Shown: positions 12,530-26,269, numbered from the whole stretch's first letter. The stretch: DNA of 62,841 bases, filler included, from Choristocarpus tenellus KU-1152 (GCA_964200185.2; 11 parts of 11 records of this genome joined end to end with filler, not necessarily neighbours in it), one strand, 5' to 3'. The notes: a model not told the origin generated them from the letters alone. A program made the numbers and translations.

Positions 12530-12655
12530 GGGTTAGGGTTGGGGTTTGATATTTGCATCCTAACCCTAAACCTATGTTGAGATTAGGGAGATCAAAAGGA
12601 GTATCTATTAATAGTGATATGGTACTACAAAAGAAGTTGGGGTTAGGGTTAGGGA
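12530..12655 (+). repeat. Degenerate interstitial telomere-like TTAGGG/CCCTAA motifs
   Basis: gggttagggttgggg, cctaaccctaaacc, gggttagggttaggg. Confidence 0.45.
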
Positions 12656-13029
12656 GGTCATAAGGCAGGCCTACAACTAGTACTATTGGATTTTAGTTAT
12701 TCTAGATTAATAGACATTTTTGTTGTTACTACCATCACATCCTTCAATTTTGTCCGACAACTATTCCATCTGTAGTCAGAGACCACCATACACTGTACTA
12801 CTTATCACCATACCCAACTACCACTAATGTTCGTTAATACTAATTGTTACACTACGAGTAATCGTACCCCCTCCATTGGTGGCTTTCTTCTCGAACATAA
12901 TGTTCAGTAATCCCACACCTCGTCGCTCCGTGTCCTCCCTCCAACCCTGTGCTGGATCACCACGATGTTGCATCTCAATCTTGGTCCGTTGTTCTTGTGA
13001 GTAAGCAACAGATAGGATAGTAGAGCTCT

Positions 13030-13172
13030 ACAGGTGTATAATGAAAAGATGTGTCCAGAACATGGATATTGACACTTCCTAACAAACACGATTGCCAAAA
13101 TCCATGAAAACCACAACATTGGATTTTGACCCCCACATGGACATGGCTCTACCCTCTAAGATACTTTGGCTC
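13030..13172. mobile_element. MITE A half copy abutting the tandem array
   Basis: Ends GCTCTACCCTCTAAGATACTTTGGCTC; the other half is absent. Confidence 0.8.
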
Positions 13173-13183
13173 CGTTTGTGACG

Positions 13184-13830
13184 CCACCATTGACAGCTGA
13201 TGTGTACACGGTTGTAAAGGTAACAAATACAGGGCATCGAATGTGAAAACGTTGGTGACACCACCATTGACAGCTGGTATGTACACGGTTGTAAAGGTAA
13301 CAAATGCAGGGCACCGAATGTAAAAATGTTGGTGACGTTATCACCATTGACAGCTGGTGTGTACACGGTTGTAAAGGTAACAAATGCAGGGCACCGAATG
13401 TAAAAATGTTGGAGACAACACCATTGACAGCTGCTGTGTACACGGTTGTGAAGGTAATTAACACGGGGCATCGAATGTGAAAAGGTTGGTGACACCAACA
13501 TTGACAGCTGGTGTGTCACAGTTGTAAAGGTAAAGAATACAGGGTATCGAATGTGAAAACATTGGTGACAACACCATTAACAGCTGGTGTGTACACTGTT
13601 GTAGAGGTAACAAATACAGGGCATCGAATAACAAAACGTTGGTGACACCACCATTGACAGCTGGTGTGGTCACGGTTGTAGAGGTAATAAATAGAGGGCA
13701 CATCGAATGTGAAAACGTTGGTGATACCACTATTGACAGCTGGTGCGTACACGGTTGTAAAGGTAATAAGTACAGGGCATCGAATTTGAAAATGTTGGTG
13801 TTATCGCGGCTGACAACTGCTTGGTACAAT
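13184..13830 (+). repeat. Tandem array of ~77-bp units, 8 copies plus a degenerate ninth
   Basis: Unit ccaccattgacagctggtgtgtacacggttgtaaaggtaacaaatacagggcatcgaatgtgaaaacgttggtgaca starts at about 13184, 13261, 13341, 13418, 13495, 13571, 13648 and 13727. Confidence 0.95.
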
Positions 13831-14659
13831 CTGCGAATAAAAATGAACACGTAAACAAGTGTTGAGCCGTGTGGTTGTGTTCATGACAGAGAAAAAGAGG
13901 GGTGGATACGTTGGAAACTCTTCAACGCTGTACACGTCGTCAATCTTGTCCTAACGTGAGCATTTGCTCCCTAAATTTCAAAGTGCCATGACATGGAGGC
14001 CTCTTAGTGTGCACGAAAAAGAAAATCACCAGTGTCGACATAGCCGAGGACTATACAGCGGAATAAACAGACCGGCATGCATAGATAGGGTTTACGCCGA
14101 TTTTGACGCGAAATTGCTTTCTCTCGGAATTGTATCTGGAGCTTCCGAAATATATTTACACAAGTGGCAACATAGCAGTGGTGGACGAAATTGGTATGGT
14201 CGTCGTCCTGAAAACCTTCGTACATAACGCGTTGGTGTCTCAATCGCTACTGCTTTACACTGCATTGAAATGCGAGGGAATGTGATTAGGACCCTGTCTG
14301 TGTCGTGTCTGTTTGTATGGGCTATCTTGTGTGAATCGATGTAGCATAGTGAACAGCAACGCTGTCTAGGCCTAAACGGAATTTGGGCTATACATTAAGA
14401 AAGCAATAATGAGATAATTCCTAACAGGAGGGGCGCGTTCGTGTTTTCGTCAAAGCCGAATACAAGACAGGTTGGAACTCTTTATCGAGAGCAACGCGTA
14501 CATAGGAATTGGGGGGATGTGTTACACATCGCGAGGCCGATAGATGAGGAAGGCTCGACATCGGATGGCCGTGTTCGGTACGACACGTTATGCAACAATG
14601 TTTGGGTTAGGGGGCGTGACTACGGGGTCATACAACCGCTTGGGTACAGAATCATGTCA

Positions 14660-15180
14660 TCCACATGCTAATACATGCTATGTGAACGGATTAAAGCTGC
14701 AACATCCACCGCAGGCGCTAAACCATGATGGTGTGTTTGCGATATTGGTCATTCAGAAACGCTCCCGTATCGGCTGCACAAAGGGTGAACGTTTCTGGTA
14801 TGGGGACTCGCCTTTTGATTCCCTTTGGAGGCATGGCGGCGTTCGGTGGTTGGACTAAGCCTCTCAATTGATCGCGTGATATCTGCATCGGGTGGGCATG
14901 TTGGAAATGGGACAGGGGAAACAAACAAAAGGGGAGAGAGAAAATGTTTTGCAAATCGAGTCAGGTCCAGAGAGGATGGCATGTCGCGGTCGGTTCACAT
15001 CATCCTCGAGCCGTATGCACCTGATCACCTTGCATGAAGAGGAAGTCCTTTCGTCTTTTTCCCTTCCGATACGCCCGGTGTTTAGCGTTACATACAGCAC
15101 ACAGGGATAGCGACAGATGAGCCCGATCCTCGTGGAAGGGATACACACCTGGTCTCCCTTGCTGAAGGAACTATGACGTG
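14660..15180 (+). mobile_element. LINE apurinic-type endonuclease (EEP) remnant
   Basis: TCYVNGLK...AILVIQKR (cf. TxNVNGL...IQET), HGGV and IILEPYAP (cf. vYAP) in the expected order across frameshifts. Confidence 0.5.
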
Positions 15181-15729
15181 TTCAACCTCTTTTGCCTGTC
15201 GGTTGTATGATAATCTAACTCTAACGAACAAAAGAACAACCACCTTTACCGAATGTTGTACCCCTATCAAATAGTAGTATATATATATATATTGGGGTTC
15301 TGAACAGGCTAGTTCGGGTGTTCCTTTTCCTCGGGAATCAAATAGGAGATTTAGTAAGGGGGATTTTGCTCTCTTCACAGAGGTATTGAAATTTCTATGT
15401 CTACGACTGCGTTGAAATATAGAACAAATAGAGACAAAAAGTGTATATATATTTAATTGTAACTCTCCATCCACTAGTTCTTCATTAGTGCGAGAGGGTC
15501 TACACTTTGAGTTTGCATATTTTTTTCATATGTTTGCACCTTTCAAGAATTATATTTTAGTGCATAGCAAAAAAATATTACCAAACCACATATGCGACAA
15601 AAACCACACTCGCTCACTCTCTCGACAACAAACCAACGGGCCTGGACAATATAGAGGATTCGTTGTCGTAGTTCTTCGAGAGGACCATACTCATCGCACC
15701 ACAGATGTACGATGACCACCCATCAGCCA

Positions 15730-17000
15730 CTAGAGGATCTGGCTAACAACGGGAATGAACTCGTGGACTTCGGAGGGGTAGACCCCAGGACATCCCAAAG
15801 GTAAGGCCAGGCCTCCGTTGCAACTAGATACACTCCAATGTAGCCTGTGTGTTCTGTAATTACGTGAAAGAGGGATTAGCGCTCGAAGACTAGGCATAGC
15901 GAAGCATATGGTCACCATATCCTTCCGAAAACACACATTTGCATTGAAATCAGAGGCACGTGGTGTTCACCAGTTCCAATGTAGCTCCAAACCGGTGACG
16001 CACACATCCTCCCATCAAGAGCAGAACGAAACCTAACAACGAAGTTCATGTCCTCCGATACCTTCATTCCGATATGTATCGGTAATAAACGATGGGTCAA
16101 TAGATGAACAAACATATTATTTGTTGTAATTGCCATGTGGAATTCGATCATTAAAACCAGATTATCTAGATTAAAGCCTGGTAATAACGGATTCAAGTTC
16201 AGACCAAAAATTCATCCAGGAAACTACCTCCTCAACCACTGGGTCGTGCATGAGGACGGTCATATGCACATAGACGTGAAATATATGCCATACACAACGA
16301 ATGCGGGCTGCTGTTTGCAGATCTCATGTCATGCATGGAGGATCCTCCATTGTCCGAGAACTTGGTGCTTGGGGAAATTGAAGCTGAGAAACCAAAGAGG
16401 AATAGGGGAGAACCGAAGAAAAACTGGTGGTGGTGCCTCCAAGTAAGATGGCTCAGAGTGTTCTGAGAGGTGGGTGTATTTGCTGCAAAAGATTTAGAAC
16501 AATGGAGGTAAGTGTGGAGGATGGAGCGAATCATACGACTGGCATTCTAGGGAAGACAAAATAGCACACCTTGCCACATGCAAAGGTGGTCGCGGTCACC
16601 AAGCATTCATACACCTGTCATACTAACTATTAGTAACGTGATTTGGGTTGAGTCCACGGGCATGTTCCTGATATTAGTGGATGTGTTGTTGGTGGGTGTA
16701 CGGTACCTGGTCTAATCTTATTTGCTGTGAAATCCTCCATAAGGGGATTTATGTCTTGGGTTGAACTTGCTGTGATCCGAGATGTTGGAGCTCACACCAG
16801 TCGGTTATTTGTAGGGGGGACTTTGATTGCTGATCATTCCTCGCTTCTCCAAAATATCGTTCTTTGAGCATGCGCTTCTTCCTCTTCAAGATATCGTGTA
16901 ATGATGCAATTCTTCAGTCAAAGCTATTTCGTTGGTCCCCTCTTGTTGCATGTACATTTCAGGTCGTTCCCACATAAAGTATTCACTTCATGTAGATGTT
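15730..17000 (-). mobile_element. Decayed Mutator/MULE-like transposase
   Basis: Hand translation: PVDST../..TN (first Asp), FSD (second Asp), then AARIRCVWHIF (MULE CxxH motif) about 20 aa later; in-frame stops throughout. Confidence 0.45.
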
Positions 17001-17875
17001 AAAGATGTCCTCCTTTGTCTTTCCCTTTTGGTATTGTCCCTCTCTTCAACAACTACACGTTACGGCATATTCTAACCTTTTTGGGGATTTTTTCCCGCGA
17101 CAACACTGTCAAACGTTTGAGTATCATTGCATCATACTAATGTGTGATGATCAATAAATATAGCCGTCCATGTATGTGCTTTCAGCTTCAGCGTGGTAAA
17201 AAGGGAACTGTTTGCCAACAACAAACTGCATGAAATATATCACATTCTGGGATAACTGGACCCTCCGTATCCTTTGACGAGCAAGTGGTAGAAGAGAAAG
17301 GCAGTGTGTATGGCACAGCCAGATACAAACACCCAGCGCCTTACATCTAGCAATAGAAAATTTCAAAAAATGGATAGGTGAGAGTCAAAATCAATGCATA
17401 CATATAAATACAGCAGATATCATCTGGTGTTGATTCTTTTGGAAGTGTACCTTCTCTCCTATTACCACCGCAGCTGAACGGTGCTTTTGGGCACATGAAG
17501 AAAAATGCATTTATTGATGGTGTACTTGTTTCAACATCACAATCGATCCCTCTGCCATACATTCTTCAATTTTTCTTCAGCGGGGTCATGGGTTCATGCT
17601 TAAGGAAGACCTTAGGTATAAAGAGGAGTGGTGTGTCGTCTGGAGAGAGCATAGAACAAGTCTAGTTCCATTTTTCCAAGCCTAGGCCCATACCGCAGGT
17701 GGCGTGGCATGCCCAAGCTTCGATTAAATGTCATCAATACTAAAGTTCTATGGAGTATGTATTATTATATACATATACAAGTCAGTTGTGTCTTTACCAA
17801 TATACAACTGACAGTAATATAACCATGCAGTACCCGTAGTTCCAACCACCAGAGACCAAAATAGGCGAAAAAACG

Positions 17876-20486
17876 GTGATCAAGTTCTACCAGTATACCA
17901 CATTGGCATCCACTCGGGCTCCAGAAGTATCGTGTATTGAAGCACAGTGCCATCACGCATCACGATTGCTGTACACAAACTCGACAAGTAAGAAAGAGAC
18001 CCTCAAAATAACACAACCTCAACTCGTTCTCCAAACTGTCTATGCGCTAATCTTCAAAAATGATTATGATAGAGTGACGCAGCATCTTTACAAGTTGACC
18101 TTGACGCCTTTTGTGGTACGATTGATGTTTGTTATATTCCTACCCTCCTACCTTCGAATCCGACATAAGAAATATGACCAAGCAAACGGCAATCTTGTCG
18201 AATTACCTAAGATGCAAGAGGAATTGGATATCAACCCCACGATGCTCGTTGTTTTCCTCCTACGACAATGATACTTCACTAACGCAAAATGTGTGCCGTG
18301 AGTCGTAGACAAAGGGATCAAACCAAAGACCAAGATAGCTGGAAGAGCACGACGAACCCAGGAGTCATCGTACAGTAGCTGTTCAGTCCTGAGAAAAGTC
18401 ATGTTTCGTTTGTTGTTCGTCAGACATAACTCAGTGACATTTGACCTCAGAAGACAAGCAAGAAACTAGAACGAGCACAATGTTATCAAAAGAAATTCCA
18501 CCAAGGACCACAGACATCTCTCATTCTAAACTGTGCGTGCCTCTCAGCAGGTTGTGTAAGAAAGAGAGAGAAGAACGGTACACAAATGATTTTGTTCCAC
18601 GAATAGCTGTGTCGTCTGCAAGCAGGTTTGCCGCAGGCAGACAAGGGTGTCCACCCACGTTTCCTTTCACATTATGCATGCATACCCAGCTCTGTGCACA
18701 GTGAGCAGGGGTTGAAAGGTCTATGCCAACGCTCTTTCGTAACACAAGGCGAAGTGACAACAATCAGGTACGCCAAAATACTAGATTATCCCAATCCAGT
18801 ACATCCCAATACAAAACGTACCTGATTAGAAATAAGGAAGGTGCTCAACACCGTCTCCTCTTAGTCCAAGAGACGGCGTACGTAGGGTGCACTCTTATTG
18901 GTAGTCTCTCCCATAGAACATTTTGGGAAATGCTTTCCCTTCTTGAGGCCTCTTCTTCAGTGTACCCTTCTTGAAAAAGCATTTACGGCAGTTTGTTATG
19001 CCCTTTTTACCGCAACCACTTCCAAGCAGAGGATCATCCTGCATCGATGTACACCTGTCGTCGCAGAAGATCTTCTTCCTCTTCGTCCCATCATTTTTTC
19101 GCAGGGGCTTCGTTTTGCACGCGGCGCCGCACGTTTGCAGACCACGCTGCACTCTCATCATTCTGGGACATGTGTTGTGTTTGGGGGTTTTGTTCTGTTC
19201 TGGATTCCCTCAACTGACTTCGAGATGTTGGGTCAAGACCTTTGATACTTGGTCTCACCCTCTGAGGTAAAGAGTTCACTCCGGTGATTGTGATTGCCCC
19301 TTTGAGCAGAGAACTTGGCACCTATGACACTTCCACACATTCAAGAACAAAAACGATCGGATGAAGTATCCGTAGTATAATGATTCGTAGATTTCTGCCA
19401 GTGATATTTCTTCTTCCTTTTCACATTTTGTAGATGATTTCGGGGAAATATCGTCTTTATCATCTCATTACCATTAGAAATCGTATATTATGGCATGTGG
19501 CAATTTCCTTCCATTTTAGTCAGTATGGTCCAGCATCCCCTGAAACAGTTGATGCTCGGTGGGTAGAATTATTACTACTAAAGAATTCTTCGTCCATGTT
19601 GATGCTAGTGAGAGTAGTGCTGGAGATTTCTTAGCACAACCTCGATCCGATAATCCTGCTGACCTAGGTATCATTTCATACTTCAGCAAGAAATGTATGA
19701 GTCAAAGTATCTTAGAGTGTAGAGCAGCGTATATTTGGGGACTGAAATTCAACACTGCAATTTTGATGCAATTTTGGCTATCATGTTTTTTCGAAGATGT
19801 CAATATCCTTGTTCCAGACAAAACTTTTCATAACGTATATATTTTACCTCCTTCAAAAAAAATTGAGTAAGTAAAGGGTAATTAAAAAAACCGTGGGAAG
19901 CCAAGCCCCAAATGGACAAAAAGGGGAAAACTCGTACCCTCTAAGATACTTTCACTCAAACTTAATGAAGCTCCACTTCACTATTCAGCTACATTAAGAG
20001 AGTGTTATGCAATCGTTACAGCTATCACTCAGCGACCGTATCTTTGGGGTAGACACTTTTTACCTGCATCATAGGTCATGCCGCATTGTGTTTCTTGTAT
20101 AAAATGCAGGATACCAGTAACATGCTTACTCGTTGTGCTATTGCGCTCCAAGCTTATGATTTCACTGTGAAACACAAGCCCGGTAAGGTCAATGTTGTAC
20201 CTGATACTCTACCTCATATTTTCAAGTATTAGGAACAGGAGAAATCCATTGCTCCAATGCTGGCACTAGTCTGTCGTAATGTTCCTGAAGGTAGTCGTGC
20301 ATTTACTACACGTGTTCAAAAGGAATATGAGTTATCTGCTTCTAACCTTGACCAAGCAATACCCATCCAAAGCGATCGAGAACTATTTACTAGTTCCACT
20401 ACTGTGTTTCCTGCGGTGGACCTGGAGCAATTGCGCAAGGAGCAGGAATCCGAGTTCGGACCATATTTCAGGTATTTGCAGTCCCC
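17876..20486 (+). mobile_element. Ty3/Gypsy LTR-retrotransposon remnant (gag-like region, then RNase H; RT apparently largely deleted)
   Basis: FFVHVDASESSAG..LAQ...IISYFSKK / LNEAPLHYSATLRECYAIV...RPYLWGRHF...ALQAYDFTVKHKPGKVNVVPD is a Gypsy RNase H; the gag assignment is positional only. Confidence 0.8.
19699..19957. mobile_element. MITE A, full copy inserted in the Gypsy RNase H
   Basis: GAGTCAAAGTATCTTAGAG ... CTCTAAGATACTTTCACTC. Confidence 0.9.
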
Positions 20487-20586
20487 NNNNNNNNNNNNNN
20501 NNNNNNNNNNNNNNNNNNNNNNNNNNNNNNTTAATTAATTAANNNNNNNNNNNNNNNNNNNNNNNNNNNNNNNNNNNNNNNNNNNN

Positions 20587-20669
20587 CCTCCTCCTCCTCC
20601 TCCTCCTCCTCCTCCTCCTCCTCCTCCTCCTCCTCCTCCTCCTCCTCCTCCTCCCCCTCCTCCTCCCCC

Positions 20670-20701
<32 letters not shown>

Positions 20702-20715
20702 ATCTCCCTCCTCCT
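20587..20715 (+). repeat. (CCT)n microsatellite
   Basis: Direct reading. Confidence 0.95.
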
Positions 20716-22081
20716 AGGTGCCATCAACGTTGCATAGGAAGGATGAAGGGGTATAGATTAAGGTAGTTTGAACGCGATCGAACAAATGCATATATCAAGG
20801 AAAGATTATTTGGTTCACTCGTACTTGTTTATCAGCCTACCAGAAGTCTTTCCAACACATTAAACATTCGCTACCAATTCAGGCAGAGCATCAACTTTAT
20901 GAGAGTGGGAAGTTAAAGGGAAGACTGCATGTATTTCGAGATCGATCCAGGCAGAGCAAAAATATCGAAAGGCTGGTAAGTGAACAGAGCGATTGCCAAC
21001 ATTAGCGAAGCATACGTTATCATCGGATGAACTGGAATGATTCAGGAGCACAGCTTACTTTGTCACTGCCTGAATTCTCTTCTTCGGGCGGCATTTCCTC
21101 GTCAGAATTGTCGGAGGACTTGGATTCATCATCTGAATCTTCATCGTGTTCAGCTTTGCGCCGTCGGGGAGTTGACCTCTTCGTGGCAGTCTTGGACCGA
21201 CCAACCCCACCGCTACCCCGGCTGCAACATTGACCCCCAGCATGAAACAACAGGGGGAGCATCAACTAAGTTCATAGGATATCTTCAGGGAAGAACGGAT
21301 TCATCTGAGCTATTTCCCATTCGCTGATTGGATACAGAAATAAAGCAGTGAAATGATGGAACTCGAGTGTCACCTGGACGGAGATGTCTTTTTCTTCTTG
21401 GCGGTATTCCCACCATCCCCGTCTCCTCCATATGTTTGGGTTTCCGTGAATGACATTGATCGCTTCATGGCCACACGTACACTGGCCATCGTGCAGCGTG
21501 CCCGTGTGCCAGAAGCCTCTGCTTGGGCTACCACCCCCGTCCAACTCCTCGGTCACAACAGGCCTGCTGTCTTAAGCAAGATATCGCACCCGCAGTGGGA
21601 TTTACCAATATGTCGATCAGAATTTCCTTAGCGCACCCTGCCTTCCTATCAAAGGGAGAAACTGCTAGCGAACTCTGACAGTACAGAGGAGGCAGTTCCT
21701 CCGAACGTGAAGGTAGGGTTCATCCCATTATACACGCCTTTTCAAGGTGTTGAGTTCATATGGGAGTTTTTTACAGTTTGGAGGGGGAGTCTACAAACCC
21801 ATCAAGTGAACGTTGCACTTAATCGGAAATAATCTGGTGCAGCAAGCCACACCTAGCGGATATATTCCTTAAGTGTTTGTCTCTTCTACGCTCTCAATTT
21901 TTGAGACATTCTGAAGGCCACAATAGGCGGGCAAGTTTGTTGCGAGGAGAGTTCCAGTGTGAAGGGTGTGTCTGTAGTTTCGCGTGCCTACTTGGGGGGC
22001 AACCCCGCCAACGTGCGGTCCCCCAACACTTGAAGAAAGGAGGCGATTAACATTGTCATGAGCAAGAGGAAAGTGGCTTTG

Positions 22082-23680
22082 ATGTCGTCGTTCGAAAACA
22101 TATCGCCGCAGGTCATCAGTCGCGTTGGTCGTGAAATACAAGACCTTCAGAAAAGGTGAAAATATCACCTCCTTCCAAATGTGAAGATGACCACCACGTC
22201 CTCAAAGAAGGCTTATGGTATTCTTTCTATTATGTAGCTCAAGTCTTCACTATATTCGCTCACAAGATGTTTCGAATCTCACGTGTTTAGAGTTTGTCTA
22301 TGTTCGGTGCAAATGACTAATATAACGTGTATCTCATACCCAATCACTTTTATTGCTCGGACAGCCCTCCCGATGGGATCCGTTTCCTGCCGCAAGAAGA
22401 AGATTCAATAGCGGAGATACACGTAGAGATAATGGGTCCAGGTGAGCATCTGTGGCTTTCGTCTGCGAAGTCTCTGGAGTCGGTTCCGTTACCCGTCCCC
22501 ACCTTGTACTGAGTTGCGGTCGGTCTAATTGAAGCTGAAACTCACCAGGGCTCTTCGCCACTTCGAAAAACCTTTTAAATCTATGTTGAATTCCCTCCCT
22601 AGACCCTTTTGAACCCCCTACCTAGCCTATATTCGCGGGTCGTGATTTTTACCTTTCTTAAGCAATCCCTCCTTTCCCCATGTGTTTTTGACAGTCGGCA
22701 CTCCTTACGAAGGCGGGTGCTTCCACATGAAGCTGGTTCTTAGCAATGACTTCCCTCACTCCCCCCCAAGAGGATTCTTCATCACCAAGATCTACCACCC
22801 AAATGTAGCACCGAATGGCGACATTTGCGTTAACACACTCAAGCGAGACTGGACCCCGGATGTCACCTTGACTCACGTCCTTCAGGTGTGAAGTGGAAAA
22901 GGGAATGTGAGCAGACTAGTAGGGGAAGAAACGCTATTAAAAATAGCGTAGTGCGCTCATAATGTACTGGAATTATGGTGTTCGGTGGATATGAAAATAG
23001 CATACAGGGATCTCGCCATGAAATGAATTGTAAGTGTAAACATTACTGACCAGGAGCATCGAATGAGTCTTTTTTTTTGTCCTTGTCCCACCTGACTGCC
23101 TGCCTTAGACATGGAATTGATCGACTGAGTCTAGACTTCAGCCTTGATGTCTTCCCCCTATTGATCCTATACCTCCAAGAACTCTCAATCCATGTCAAAT
23201 GAAGACACTCAGTTGTCCCGCTTCTTAACATTTACCCTCTGTATTCTGCCGTTTTGCGCTGACCTCACTTGAATCCTTACCCCTCCCTTGCATCAACAGG
23301 TAATCCGCTGTCTTCTCATTGTGCCATTTCCTGAGTCCAGCCTTAATGAGGAAGCAGGAAAGCTCTTCATGGAGAGTTATGTTGAGTTTGAGCGTCGTGC
23401 AAAGTTGTGGGTTGGTGTGCATGCGTCTCACTGTGTTGCGTCAGTTGAAACAGCAGGTGGGAGTCGTGGGGCTTCTGCAGTTGGTATCAGTGGCGTGACC
23501 AATGGTGAAGGGGGCAGTGGGAGCATCAATGGGGGTGGAAGCAACCCTGTGAGCACCAATGGGGCAGCGGCAGAACCCCTGTCAGTAAAGAAGAACAAAG
23601 GAAATGCAGCAAACTCGACAAAGAAGACTGTCAAGGACAAGCAAAAAGAGGCAAAGAAGAAAGGCCTCAAGCGCTTGTAG
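22082..23680 (+). CDS. UBE2S: Ubiquitin-conjugating enzyme E2 S, 4 exons (22082-22155, 22365-22441, 22695-22885, 23300-23680)
   Basis: Phase-compatible GT-AG introns; [34 protein letters not shown] (catalytic Cys), [22 protein letters not shown] and a basic tail ending KKKGLKRL characteristic of UBE2S. Confidence 0.95.
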
Positions 23681-26269
23681 CCGGCCCGACCTCCACAGGC
23701 ACACCCCTCCACTGTAGCTTGTCCCATCCATTTTGCCCTCCACTTCTTGTGCCAGGTATCATTTTGCTAAAGTGAGGTCATAGCCGGAGTGTTATGGGAG
23801 GTAGGTTTTGCCTTATGTTGCCTCCTCTACAACCAAGCTGTACAAGCAGAGCTGAAGGAGTGGTGATTGCTCGGCACTGTTCTTGGTGGCAATAGAACTG
23901 CTCATTATCTTTTGAGCTACTTGTAGACTGTTGGGGTATGGCCATTTGGCTTAGGAGTGATTATTGTGCACTACAACCCTGTGCCTTGTGGGCATGGTGG
24001 GTGAAGGGAAGGAGTGAAAGGATTAGGCATACCAATTTTTACCAGATGTTTTGCTGAAGATGTGGTCAGGAGCAGAGTTGAATTAGGCACTTTGGATTGC
24101 TACAGTTTTGTACTGCTTGCAACAGGAGACTCAGGGTTTATACCTGCTGGATCCGATAAATTAGGTCTTGGGAGAAGCTACTTGTGGCCTGCAGATCTAC
24201 AAGCTATTTGGTTGTTTGAAATTGTTTTTTGGAGATTCTTCTGTCCAATACATTTTGGTATTTGCAGAAGTGAACAGAAGGAAGCAGCAGGTTACATGCA
24301 ACGCACTTGTTTCCTCTCTCCTGCCTTTCCTTTGGGTGACAGGTTGCCATTGCAGCAATTTTTTTGCCTTGCCTGGAAGTGGAGGTCAATATGTAGAAAA
24401 GCCTCTACTCCGTGTCTTGTATTTTTTTGTTTTTGTGCCAGGTGTTCCACTCTGGGCCTCAGTCATGTGGGTGGTATGAGTTGTGGTTGGGGACATGTCC
24501 TGAGTCTTTGGCCTCAGTGCAGTTGATTATTACTTTTTTGTTTGGATGTATTTCTTTCTCAACTGTGCAGCAGACACTTGGTAAGGGAGATGGATTTTGT
24601 TTTTATTAGAGGGCGGATTGAATGTAGGTGTTGTATGTTGAACACTGTGTGCATGAGAAGGTGCAAGGACAGACAGTTACGAAATCAGCAAGAACTAAAT
24701 CAATTACTGCAGACAAAATTACCAGAAGACTAGAACTTGTTGCAGAAGTTTTTCAAACATGATGGGTATGAGACTGTCTAATGTGACCTCTCATACAGAC
24801 TTTGTCAAGCAGGTAAAAATGTCATGCTTGTCTAGGGCTACAGTGTTTCTTTACTTTAGAAAACTTCAAACTCTCCTACTCTGAGGGCGGCATGATTGTA
24901 CGCTGTCCCATATTGCAGATCAGCTGGAACTGTTGCTGTTGATACTGACTGTTCCTCTTTCATCAATGCGACAACTGATTTCCTCTATGTATTTCAACAA
25001 ATCTGATCTGATCTTCTTGCTTCTCCCTTGACTATTTACTTGATGGTTCCTACCACTCATCCCCTCTCCTACTACTGGCATCCATCCTTTCTTTCCTGTC
25101 CTGCTGATAATGTCCACCTCTCTTATTTTAGACGTTCACATATCTCTCTTACCACAAGATAGAGCTGGAAGTCGAGATTGTCACCTTACTCACAAAGCAT
25201 GTTACGTTGACCCATTGCCCCTCTTCCTTTGCTTGTCTTGCAGTGGGCACAACAGCACTAGATGGTTCTAGATTATTTCGAATAGGCATCAACAAATATT
25301 TACAAGTCCAAAACTGATGGCAACAGCATATTCAAGGAGGTAGTACTGAGATGACATGCATTTCTTCACATCTCCTCATGCAATGCAGTACAAGGTTCCT
25401 CCCTATTTTTAATGACTCTGACTTAGATGTATATTTTGTTCCATTTTGGATTAGCACAAAATCACCTCCATGTTTCAGAGGACAATGTGAAGCACTCCAA
25501 GTACTTACCATTGAGCTTCCACATAGTTGTCAGAAAGATTCAAAACACATGTTTCAAAGTTGTGTAATGGTCTGTATGCTACAAGCACGGAATCCAACAC
25601 CACTTATCATGTATTCAGATACACTTCATAAAGCTCATTAGCAGAAAGCTACCAGGTGGGGTAATGCCAAAAAGAGATCAAGAGCAACCTCCAGCTGAGA
25701 TAAGATGTTTTCTGAACCCTTGGTTATTCAGCCCTTTTTTGTTGACACGAGTCACTCTAAAGCCATACTGCACTATTTCTCCATCATCTATTCCAACTTT
25801 GTAACTGTTTCAGCACCACATGAGTGCTAGACAGCATACAAAATTCATACCTCCATGAGGATTGGGTCTAGAAGAAAACACAGTCCCACATTAAGTCCTA
25901 AACACACACTTCTAGATACACAGCAAACTGACTTTAGTCAAGCATGTCACAATGCTGAGACATCTATCTACTAGGTGGTGCTATTGATAGGTGCTATTCA
26001 AAAGAGTGAAAGAAACTTGTGTTTACATCTTCTGCCTAAATCAAGTTCACTCAAGCCATCACTTCAGATACTTTCAAATGCGGAAACAAAGGTAAAAAAA
26101 TGGCACTATTCACAGTCAACCGACACATGCACCTATTGCTATCTCATTTCTGTCCCCATGTAGGAACACCCTTGTTGCCTACCAGTCTTCAAGGATTGAT
26201 GATATTCTTTTCAGCATACCTTTATACGCCATATTCACATCAGTGGGTTCGACCCTCTACCTCAGTTGT

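Noticed and set aside
13184-13830. CRISPR array, or repeat-protein ORFs over the 77-bp array
   Set aside because: Units are contiguous with no unique spacers, there are no cas genes and the context is eukaryotic; a 77-bp period shifts frame each unit, so the ORFs are by-products
15900-16260. Alternative genetic code or stop readthrough in a protein-like frame with stops
   Set aside because: All three stop types and frameshifts occur and the host genes use the standard code; transposon decay explains it better
11986-20486. Endogenous giant virus or Polinton insertion
   Set aside because: No capsid, packaging ATPase or polymerase motif recognised; the fragments fit LINE, MULE and Gypsy remnants
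20539-20727. Poly-Arg ORF (also poly-Val at 10896-11084 and poly-Gly/Lys at 49364-49555)
   Set aside because: Translations of microsatellites and homopolymers
24014-24526. 170-aa ORF downstream of UBE2S
   Set aside because: GTG start, Cys/Phe-rich with no domain; probably 3' UTR
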